A DNA stretch of 64,000 nt. Source: Rhynchopus sp. YZ270_cl-10 (taxonomy: Eukaryota). The position numbers were made by a program, and so were the translations under genes. The notes below the pieces were generated by a model. It saw nothing but the letters and a program-made list of their open reading frames with translations, made no database searches and had not been told where the DNA came from. Positions 47,658 to 57,907 of this stretch are shown piece by piece. How positions within the stretch are numbered: the stretch's first letter is position 1; every line of letters begins with the position of its first letter. The stretch lies in the NCBI GenBank assembly GCA_964035575.1, contig OZ037846.1:620001-684000 (forward strand), read 5' to 3'.

Positions 47658-50278
47658 TGTGAGTGTGGGTGTTGTGTTTCGTCAAAAAAAGGTTCTGTTG
47701 TTGTGGAATTCAGTGAGTGTCAAGAGAGGGCATACAAGAGAACAAAATTAAAGGGGAAAGGGGGATACATTCGTTTACTGCATACGATTGGATATTTTTT
47801 CCGCCGATAAAAAAAAAATCATTTTTGTTTAGTTGGGTTTGTGAGATACCATAACACGAAGTAAAGGGGTTGAAGCAATAGAGAACGAGAGAGAGAGAGA
47901 GAGGAAAGAAAACTTAACTTGAAATACAACAGCCCTCTCGTGAACAGTGTACTTTTGGTAGAATGATGTACCAAGGGTACACTAATGGTGCACCGTGGGT
48001 GGACCCCCCCTCCCAACCACGCAGTCCTACAATCCATTTCGTGGTTTACATCTGATACGGTTAGCAAAGAGAAGAGATTAGGTGAGGGGATGTACCTCCA
48101 TGTCTCTCGCTGCTTCGTGTTGACTGCTTTTGAATTTGAAGGATGTATGTACTTTTCGTGCACGCATTTCGTTTAAAAAGAACAGAAAAAAAAGACTAAC
48201 CAGAACGGGAAAAAAGAAGAAAAAAAAGAAACAGTTTATAAGACTAACCTAAGCCTCTCATGCTTGGTCACCTTGAATATAATATGTGGCAACATACACA
48301 CATATCTGAAAAGTGTGGAAAGACGGGAGGGAGGGAGGGGGTGTTTGAGTACCAAAGGGAAAAACCAAATCAAAATTCCTGTTTTTTGTTGTGTCGACAA
48401 ATCACCTAAGAACCTTGGGGCTAATAGGATCTGTACGAATCCTTTGTACTACGGAAGGTATAGACGTCAGTCATTTTATTTTCCCTTTTTGTACAGCGAT
48501 CTTAGAAATTATCGGGAGGGGGGGTATACCACATCGGCGCTTACTTCCTTATGTTTGAGGTAGTACTCCTTATTTGCCGTATTCGTACAAATTATCGACC
48601 GTAATAATGGTCGACCTTTTCAAGATTTTTCTGGAAGTTCGACCTTTTTTTACAATAATTTGTACGAATACGCCTACTATTGTTATGGTAGGAAGAATCC
48701 CTCACCTGCCATAGTTTGGGAACCCCTCCTCTGTTTTTTTTTTTTTTTTGAAAACTTTGACAACGTGTACCCCCGCGAATGGGCAATCCACGTAACCCTT
48801 TTTTTTTAAACTCCATTTATGTGGGGTGATCAGGTGTACTATTATTCATCTGCAAAAAAATTCACAAACATGGTGCTCCGGGAGGGGTCGATATTGACAG
48901 GTCGCTGACAGGTCACTGACACAGGGACTTTATACACACCCCCCCCTGATATTGACAGGTCGCCGACAGGTCGTTGACCGACTTCCGAAAGCACCAAAAC
49001 CAGGAAAAATCGGGAAAAAATTCGAAATATTTTTTGTACGCATTTCGGGTTTTGCGAATTTTGTTCCAGAAAAGTACCCCCTGATCGCCCCATTTATACT
49101 TCTTTGAATCACTGTAAAATCGTTTCAAAAAATAAAATCGCGTGAAGCAACGGGGATAAATCTACGTTGCATTCCGCTACGTTGAAGTGTCTCTGATTTC
49201 TGTGTATATAATATTATAAAAAAATGTTTTTGATTTGAAGTACAAAACCCTTCGTTGACAGTGTGTACTTAAAACAAGAAGTTTATCAGATGAACCTAAG
49301 CCTCTTTGTGCTTATGCACCTTGATCACATTCGTTGTCGTACAGCATCAAAAAAAAAATACATAAATAAAATTGAAAAGATGAAATTCCAGAATAGAAAT
49401 CAGAAAATGCGGGGAGGGAAAATGCGAAAAAAAAAAGAAGGAAAAAAAAAAGGGGGTTATTGTAGTGCGTGAAACTGCTTTTCACATCCTTGGCAAATTA
49501 CACTTGGGGGTCGTGAAAGTATTTTTTATTTTTACTATTTTTACTGTTCACGCGTTTCTTTTTTTGACAAAAGATGTCCCAATGTATGCAATTTTTTTGC
49601 ATACTTTAATTTGAACCAAGGCTATGAATACACAGTAGCTATCAAGCCTGTATGCTGGATCCTATTTGTGTGGTTTTGTTTTTTTTGTTTTTCTTTCTCT
49701 TTCTGTCATCAAAATAAATGCGTGTTGTTGGTGTGGCCCGCCCATCGATTTAAACCACTTTAGGGCCATTCTTGGGACATCCAAAACCGCAAAACGGGCC
49801 ACACCAGTTGTGCTAAAAAAATAAAACTCTTCCTTTTTTAGATAGATATTCAGTCAAAAGAAACGAAAACAAGGAAAAAAGAGAGAAAGTTTTTTCGTTG
49901 ATCGCTCGAATTAGTGTCCCTGAGTGAATGAATCTGGGGAGTAATTCGGCAAGCACTATCTAAAAACAGAGTTTTATTTTTATATGACGATTCTCGTATA
50001 TTCAAAAAAAAAAAGCAGAGTGTGTAGGTTCCTAGGCTAGGATACGTTCTCAGCTCAATGCCAGATTACATTTTTTGTTGTGTCGACAATCGCCTAAGGA
50101 CCCGCTTGGGGAACCTAGAGTCTGTACTTACTCTCAATGTTGGCCGAAGCCTTTGTATTATTTTTTTTGAAAAATTGGAAAAAAAAAAAAAAAATTGACA
50201 ACGTGTACACACCACCCCTCCGCCCCCTTATCTCTCGTGAATACCGCTACGTTCTATCTTATTTTTTTAAGATTTCCC

Positions 50279-53104
50279 CTACTTTCTGGACACAAAGCTA
50301 TTCTTCAATGACCCGATAACGGCCCCATCCCACCAGACCTTTTTTTTCAGTTCGGCCCAGGTCATTTGCTTTCCATTTTCGAGAACAATATGTCCGAGCA
50401 CTGGCGTACTCTCCAGCAACATTTTGTACGCAGCCAGGTTGTTCGGATCCAACGCCACGACACGCTTGAGGAGCGCCCCCTTTGAACACCGCACCCCATT
50501 CGGGAGCGTCACGCCCACCTCCTTTGTTGACAGCAGCGCGGCCAGGTTGAGATACGCAGTGATATTCTTTGAATCCAGCGTCAACGCAGCCCTATACAAA
50601 TCTTGCTTCGTTTTCCGCTTTTTATCCAACACAACATAACTCCCCGTCATCGCGCATGCCAAATTAATATAAACTTCCGCAGAAGCTAGCAACTCAAGCG
50701 ACCTAATCAGCAACGCCTCTTTTGATACATGGGAGGGTCCGTTATATTGAATGATTTGTGTAGAGGCGCCTCGGGGAAGGAGGAGGGCCAGGTTGCGAAG
50801 TGCGCGGGCGTGGTGTGCGTCGATTGAAATGGCCTGTTTTAGAAGAGACTCGCGTGTCATGATGGTGCCGTCATTGAGGGTCGTCTGCCCCCCCTGGGGG
50901 ACCAACCGCGAGAGGTTGAACAATGCATGTGCACTGTTCGGATCCGCCGCAATCGCACGCTTGAAACACATTTCGCTGTCCAACAGCACGCCGTCGACCT
51001 CCTCCAGCTGCCCTGCCGGAATGCGGTTTCCAAGATTGTTGTATGCCTCGCTGCACCCATCTTTACTCCCCTTCTCGATCGTCCGGATCAGACGTTGAAC
51101 TGTCGAAAGCGGTTTTGGTGGTGGGATCAATGCAGGGGTCTGCCCATTTGATTCAATCTCTTCCAAGCTTTTCACCAAATCAAGAGCAGTCGGACGGCGA
51201 GCAGGAAGCTCCGCTAAACATGGTTTGAGGAAGCAATCCTGCACCGCTCCACGATAGCCGCGCCGAACCCACTCTATGGTGCGACCGAATGAGAAAATAT
51301 CACTCATCGGGGAGGCCCGACCACAGTCACCACTCTGCATTGAGGTGTAGGTGGTTGTGCTTACTTTGTCCTTCCCCTTTTGGTCCTTCCCCCGAGGGCA
51401 CAGCTCTGGTGCCATGTAGTACCGTGTTCCGGCACGTTCCCGTAGAACTGCTTCCGGTGAGTTCATCGCGATGGCTAAACCAAAGTCTGCAAGAATGGAG
51501 ATGAGGCGTTTGTCGTGGAGATCGACCAGGACGTTTTCGGGTTTGATGTCCCGGTGGATGAACCCTTTTGAGTGTACGTATTCAATCGCTTTGGCGAGGG
51601 TGCACGAGAACGATTCGAACATCTCAGGGAAGGTTGTGTTCTCGTAGGTCCAGTTGTTCTTTTCTGTGGAAATGACGAATTGGCGGAGGTTGCCGTGGTT
51701 AACATGCTTAACATAAGTTGAGAAGTTGATTGGGTCAACAAACTTGAGTTCGACAACAAAACGGCTGGTAGAGTTGAAGCACAGCTTTAGCATAGGGAGC
51801 AGCTCGGCACAGAAGACCTTCATGCGGGAGAGGGTGTGGCTTTCCTTGGTGTACTTCGCGCAGTAGCGATCGTACGACTGCGAGAGACGCACCTCCCCAA
51901 AGGTCCCAGCCCCGAGCACCCTTCCGCCGTTCTCCGGTGCCTCGCCTGCCTTGCAAATCATGTCTACTCCGGCGGCCTCCTTCATTGTAGTTAGCATCCG
52001 GATGACCATCCCCGCGTGGCTTGTGACCAGCTTGTACTTCACCTGTGGTAGGTCCCCCGCCACGCCAGTACCCAAACACTGTAGCTGCAGCTGTTCCATA
52101 TCTTCGTGCGCGTTGCGTGTCTCGCCTAGAATCTCGACAGCGTAGTCCTCGTAAGGCTGTTCTTTGTCCTCGTCGTTGACAGTGCGAACCAAGCGTGCGA
52201 TATATGCCACGTTCCCTACATCTACCGGCATTGTAACCACAGTGACATGCCCAAAATCCTCCATTCTCCCAGTTTTTGTCATGAATTTGAGCTCAATGTG
52301 TTGGTCCCATATTTTGTTTTCTACTTTAAATACGAATGCAATTTGAATTGTCGCTTGCAGTTCTACGGTGCAAGGAGCGGTGTACGGCACGGCAGTCCAC
52401 GCGGCAGTGTTCACGCAGGCGGTGGGGTCGTAGTCAACGATGGCCACATCCTCTGAAGTAGATGCTTCTGAGGTGGGCTGGTGGTCGCTCGCAATCGACA
52501 TGGAGTAGGTACCGCCTTCTTCGGTTTGGTGCGTTACTCCACCTGACTGGGTCGTCACACCATGCTCCCGATTCCCATCTCCCCTCACTGAAGACTCATA
52601 CGTTCCAAATTCGTAGATGTCCGAAGACTGTCCGTCACGATGTGATGCTTCAGTGTGTTCATATGGGTTTGCATCAGGCCTAGAATGATGTGTTGCAACA
52701 GATGGATCCCCCAGTTGGTATGCAGATGATGACGACTCTCCATCGATGTGTGAAGCTTCGGTGCGTCCTGTATGTTCGTGGTCGTCGTGGTCATCGTGTT
52801 CATCGCCCAATCCTTCTGATGGTACTGTGTCATTTTCATGTGTGCATGGACCCACAGATGGTATGCAATCGTCGTCAAATTCATAGTCTTCTGAGGCCTC
52901 CTCTGGATCTGTCTTTTGTAATGTCTTTTCATCCAACCCTGACTGTATTGTGTCTTGTGTGCATGCATCCGGTGGTCTCGAATCATGATGTGTTGCAACA
53001 GACGGCTCGCCTAGTTCATATGCAGACGACCCTCCACCAGAAGGCTCGCAAAAGTCATCATCAAACGCGTATGAGGACTGACCAGATAGTTCTGTTCCAC
53101 TCAT
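50279..53104 (-). CDS. Ser/Thr protein kinase with acidic disordered N-terminus and C-terminal TPR-like repeats (~941 aa)
   Basis: LGAGTFGEV, CAK, HRDIKPEN, DFG, APE, DIFSFG; ~5 A[YL]xNL...L..A repeats. First ATG is at 53104 (the track start is TTG). Confidence 0.92.
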   Translation of the reverse strand: MSGTELSGQSSYAFDDDFCEPSGGGSSAYELGEPSVATHHDSRPPDACTQDTIQSGLDEKTLQKTDPEEASEDYEFDDDCIPSVGPCTHENDTVPSEGLGDEHDDHDDHEHTGRTEASHIDGESSSSAYQLGDPSVATHHSRPDANPYEHTEASHRDGQSSDIYEFGTYESSVRGDGNREHGVTTQSGGVTHQTEEGGTYSMSIASDHQPTSEASTSEDVAIVDYDPTACVNTAAWTAVPYTAPCTVELQATIQIAFVFKVENKIWDQHIELKFMTKTGRMEDFGHVTVVTMPVDVGNVAYIARLVRTVNDEDKEQPYEDYAVEILGETRNAHEDMEQLQLQCLGTGVAGDLPQVKYKLVTSHAGMVIRMLTTMKEAAGVDMICKAGEAPENGGRVLGAGTFGEVRLSQSYDRYCAKYTKESHTLSRMKVFCAELLPMLKLCFNSTSRFVVELKFVDPINFSTYVKHVNHGNLRQFVISTEKNNWTYENTTFPEMFESFSCTLAKAIEYVHSKGFIHRDIKPENVLVDLHDKRLISILADFGLAIAMNSPEAVLRERAGTRYYMAPELCPRGKDQKGKDKVSTTTYTSMQSGDCGRASPMSDIFSFGRTIEWVRRGYRGAVQDCFLKPCLAELPARRPTALDLVKSLEEIESNGQTPALIPPPKPLSTVQRLIRTIEKGSKDGCSEAYNNLGNRIPAGQLEEVDGVLLDSEMCFKRAIAADPNSAHALFNLSRLVPQGGQTTLNDGTIMTRESLLKQAISIDAHHARALRNLALLLPRGASTQIIQYNGPSHVSKEALLIRSLELLASAEVYINLACAMTGSYVVLDKKRKTKQDLYRAALTLDSKNITAYLNLAALLSTKEVGVTLPNGVRCSKGALLKRVVALDPNNLAAYKMLLESTPVLGHIVLENGKQMTWAELKKKVWWDGAVIGSLKNSFVSRK

Positions 53105-54321
53105 TGTTTTTATATTTTTTTCTTCCAAAGATTCAAAGATTATCAATATAAACTGAGGGGGGGTACTAAACCCTTCGATAACAGTGTTAGCGGTGTACCT
53201 GAGCTACCGTTTGAGGAGGGGGGTTGGAGGGGGGGAAGAGAGGGAGAGAGAGAGGGAGGGAGGGGGAGGGGGAGGGGGGAATGATCAAGATATTTTCAGT
53301 CGAAAAATGGAGTTTTGTCCATAAGCGTCGGGTAGAGTAATGCAAATTGCATGAGGAGGGTCAAATGTCGTTCTTTTGTTTTTTTATTTTTTTTAGGTTT
53401 TTTTTGGGGGGGAGTTTCTCACCTTTCTTTTGTTTTTCGTAGATTTTTTTATTTATTTTTTTTTGCGGAGGGGTCAATTTGCTTGTTTTGTTTTACTGGG
53501 GGCAATTAAAGTATACGGTGCAAAATAAAGTACACATTTTTTTTTAATTTGTGTACATTAGAATCGCACCTCCCCAAGTAATTTTTTTTTACTCCGCTTT
53601 TTTGCGCTTTTTGTACTCAAGCTTAAAACCCCTCCCTTCCCCACTGGCTCAAGGATTTAAAAAATAAAATATTAATCCTAGATTCAGTGGGGGGAGAGAC
53701 AAAAGGGGAAGAGAAACGGAGGGAAAGGTGAGGATAAGCCTCTTGGTGCTTGGTCACCTCAAATAAAAGAGTGGATGGGGAAATGAGAAGTTGAAAAAGA
53801 CAAAAGGCAAAAATAAAAAAAAAATGCAACAATGAATTAAGCTATAACCCCTTCTACCTGCCTAACTAAAAAAGCTGTTTTTTTTGTGTGTGATCCCACT
53901 TCTGTGACAAAAAAAAAAATAAACACACCTTCCCTTACCCCCGCCTTTAAACGATGGCTGAATTTTTTCTTTTGTGTTCTGATGCATTTTTCACCAGCAG
54001 ACAGTACAAAAAAGAAATACAACAAAAATACCACACCACATTTTGTTCTCTGATAAACAAAAAACCCAGAACACACCTGATGCCACCATTTTTTTTTTTT
54101 TCTTTTTTTTTTAGAAATCCCTTCCAGACCCCCTTCGTCACCCTCCTCTCATACGCATGCATCTTCCACTCAGCGTTGTTTTTTTTTCTTCTTTTCTTTT
54201 TTTTTTTCCAGTGAACAGATGATGCATTTTCAGTTGAGAAAACTATCGTTTTGCCTCCCATTTATTGTGCTTTCCTCTCGAGGGGCTTTTTCATTTTTGG
54301 TGATTCAATCAGGATGCATGC

Positions 54322-54648
54322 TTAGTGGAGGAAACGGCATCTGTCTCCGAACTGGCAGGTTGCTCCGTTGCGGCAGGGGACCTGGACCTTCTTGACCGGC
54401 GGGCCACCCTCAATGTGCTCGAAGCTGCAGTTGGCTCCGCTCTTGCAGACCTTGCCGGGGACACCGTAGAAGTGGCAGACACGTGGGCGGTTGCCTCCCT
54501 TGCCTCCCTTTCCTCCCTTGCCTCCCTTGCCGCCTCCCTTGCCCTTACCCATCGGGGGCATACCCGGTCCGGGCATTCCCATCATCGGGGGCTTGCCAGG
54601 GTGCTGCTGCATCATTCCCATCGGGGGCATTCCAGGCATTCCGTACAT
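54322..54648 (-). CDS. Small tandem CCCH zinc-finger protein with M/G/P-rich N-terminus and GKG repeats, copy 1 (108 aa)
   Basis: CHFYGVPGKVCKSGANCSFEH and CRNGATCQFGDRCRFLH. Start MYGM is shared with the paralog. Confidence 0.9.
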   Translation of the reverse strand: MYGMPGMPPMGMMQQHPGKPPMMGMPGPGMPPMGKGKGGGKGGKGGKGGKGGNRPRVCHFYGVPGKVCKSGANCSFEHIEGGPPVKKVQVPCRNGATCQFGDRCRFLH

Positions 54649-55604
54649 CGTGTTTGGTGTTGTGTGTGATGGCTGGGTGAGGTGAAGGGGTGAAGGGATG
54701 AAGGGGGGTGAGGGAGAACAGGGTAGGATTTTATTTCTCAACCCAACAATGATAAAGCGTGACAATAAATAAAGGCAAAGCGGCATAAATTTGAAGTTTT
54801 GTGAGGCACTCTGTGGAGTCACAGAGCCACCAACACTCCTCAGTCTTTTTTCCTGCGCTTCCAGAAAAACTCGCGTATGCGACTAGGAACGAAAAAAAAT
54901 GATAGTCCCGTGAGTGGAAAGGTATAGTTTAAAAAGTGAAGTTATTAATGCAGGCACCTCCGACGAGTAAAAAAAAAGAGGGGGAGGCAGAATTTTTAGT
55001 CTCTTTGTTTTTCAACGTTGAATTGTTTTTCGCTTTTTTTTTATGTTTTTTTTTTGTGTTTTTTTTTGTGTGGACAAAAACAAAAAGGAACAAAAGAATA
55101 AACAGACAATGGTTGTCAAAAAAATTTGATTTTTAGACTTACTACGGGATAGCAAGCTTTATGTCAAATAAAATAAAAACAAAAATAGAGATGGTATTTT
55201 TTTTGTAAAGTATTGGACCCTTCCCCAACCATTGCATGGTCCTACAATCCCTTTTCGAGGATGGTATCTTATATGCCTCTACGCCTGCTTCCTCTCATAC
55301 CCGCCCTCCCCACCTGAGTCTCTCTATTTGCATATTCCGTTTTTGATAAATTGTTTGAATCCACATTTTTTTTTTTTTTCCTGTATTTTTTTTTTTTTTG
55401 AGGGGGCACGAATCTTTCCTAACATTTGAAAACGGTCTTCTCCAAGAGGGGTTAGTGTGAGTGTTCCTTTTAAAAAAGATGAATGAAAAATGAAAATACC
55501 TCTGTATTACTATACATATTTCAACAAAAAGAAAAAGTCTATAAACAGAAGCTCACAATATGAGATCTGTATAATAGGTTCGAAACAAAAAAAAATAAAA
55601 ATGG

Positions 55605-55637
<33 letters not shown>

Positions 55638-56962
55638 CTTTTTTAGTCGCTGTGGTTTGTAGTCTTTTTCTTCTCCCGCTTTTTGTTCTAGACAAAACGT
55701 ATAAGCACCCGCCCTTGGAGAGTTACCTACGCGCTGGTCATATCGGTTTTTATTTTGTCTTTTTTGCTTCTTTTTTTTTTGCGGCAGTAGCTGAGCAGCC
55801 TCCGTGTCAATTCCAAAATACACAACGGTATTTTTTTTTTTTTTTTTGAAAAAAAAATTTCGATCATTCCCTTCGAGAACGGAGCATGTACGGTCCTGGA
55901 AGCTCCAAGAAAATGGAGTAGGCAGGGCTTAATAGGAAGTTGACTTTCCTAAACGTGCACACAACTGGCAAAAGGGGAGGTGTCGTCACTCACCTATATC
56001 ATCATTGAAATACCATTGCTTACCAATGGTACACTCCAATATTGTTGCCCCCGTGGTTTTTCTTCTTTTTTTGTTTTTTTCTTATTTTTTTTTAGTTGTC
56101 CGTATTTCCGAGAGACTATTTTATTATAGATTCAACGTTGCTGAGAAAAAAATCTGCAAAAAAAAAAGGGCATTTTTTTTTTTGTTGTTTCTGCCAGGTT
56201 TTTTCTTGTTTTTTTATTTTGTGCTAAATTTTTTTTTTTAGTATTTTTTGTTTTTTTGAGAATTCCATCACCCCCCCCACTAAATTTTTTTTTTTCGAAC
56301 ACTTGTTATTTAGTCACAACCGACGCGAATGGACGGCACAACGTCAAACAAAAAATTTTGGGCTGTTTCCATAAAACTAAACAAGCAGAATCTGGATTTA
56401 GAACATGCTTTTTTTTCTTCTTCAGAAACTCAGAAACTCAAAAACTGCAGCAAACAAAAAAAAAAAGGGAGAAAATAAATAAGGAGAAAAATATCACGAC
56501 AATAAAAGCAATACGTAAACACAGCATATAAACGCTGGAACACAACCAGGAACACATCACACCCTACCAACATCACCCCTCTCCTTAGGTGAAAGAAAGT
56601 TTTGCAAAATTAAAAAAATTAAAAAAAAATTCTTTTTGAAACGCAACCTCCCAAGCATCCCATCCGAGAGGAACAAAAAAGGAAAAAAAAAACATTCCAA
56701 AAAGATAAAGAATAAAACACACAGACTGCAGTCCATCTGGGGGGGACATGGACCAACCTTATTTCCCCTCACCCCTTTTTTTTTGTTCTCCCATATTCCC
56801 TTTCCCCTTTTTAAAAAATCATCCATTTTCCCCTATTTTTTTTACGCCATTCTTTTGTTTCACCCAGGGGATGGGGGCATACAATCGACCTGGTGGTGCC
56901 AGGTGAGTTTTTCTTCTATTTTGCCTTTTTTTTTCTTGCAATATTGTTTTTTGAGGGTATGC

Positions 56963-57337
56963 TTAGTGGAGGAAACGGCATCTGTCTCCGAACTGGCAGG
57001 TTGCTCCGTTGCGGCAGGGGACCTGGACCTTCTTGACCGGCGGGCCACCCTCAATGTGCTCGAAGCTGCAGTTGGCTCCGCTCTTGCAGACCTTGCCGGG
57101 GACACCGTAGAAGTGGCAGACACGTGGGCGGTTGCCTCCCTTGCCTCCCTTTCCTCCCTTGCCTCCTCCGCCCATTCCCTTTCCTCCACCCATCATCTTG
57201 CCTCCTCCCTTGCCCTTGCCCATCGGGGGCATACCACCCATGTGAGGAGGCATCATGCCACCCATGCCGCCCATGCCACCCATTCCTCCGCCCATGCCAC
57301 CACCCATTCCTCCCATGCCTGCGCCCATACCGTACAT
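56963..57337 (-). CDS. Small tandem CCCH zinc-finger protein, copy 2 (124 aa)
   Basis: C-terminal ~200 nt identical to copy 1. Different low-complexity N-terminus. Confidence 0.9.
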   Translation of the reverse strand: MYGMGAGMGGMGGGMGGGMGGMGGMGGMMPPHMGGMPPMGKGKGGGKMMGGGKGMGGGGKGGKGGKGGNRPRVCHFYGVPGKVCKSGANCSFEHIEGGPPVKKVQVPCRNGATCQFGDRCRFLH

Positions 57338-57907
57338 TGTGTTTGTGGGGGTGGTGGGTGTTGTGTGGTTAACCTTAGGTGAGGTGTTGAGGTAAAAGTG
57401 AAGTGCGAAAAAAAAAAAGAAAAGAAAAGTTTATAAGATGATCCTAAGGCCTCTCGTGGTGTAGGCACCTTGAGGCTATTCGTTATCGCAGCAGCATTCA
57501 GCTACACGGGTTTCCATTAGTTGTCAGGGATGATGTCCCGACAAAACACCCCCCCTGCCACAATCACAAATTGTGTTTTCAATAACCAACCCCCGCTTTG
57601 TTGTGTAATTTATTTTTTTTCAACACTTGGACATGCTGTCCTCTAAATACGGTTTGCAATTTGGGATTTTCTATAAGAAAATTTTATTGTTGCAGGTGAA
57701 AAAATTTTCGTATGGATATGGGTCAGTGTCTTTTTGAAATGGGGGCGCCCGGAGGGGTCAAAAGAGTTAATGGTAGAAACGTGGTTGAACCACGGGAGTT
57801 CTCTGGGGAACTGGGTTGCTGACCGCACCATGAAATCCCGTACCATACAGGCTGGACCAGGGGTGGGCGGGCACCCGGGGTTTTTTTCCATTTATTCGTC
57901 TTTTTGA

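Noticed and set aside
45666..47810. 714-aa plus-strand ORF
   Set aside because: Antisense to hcp, explained by codon bias.
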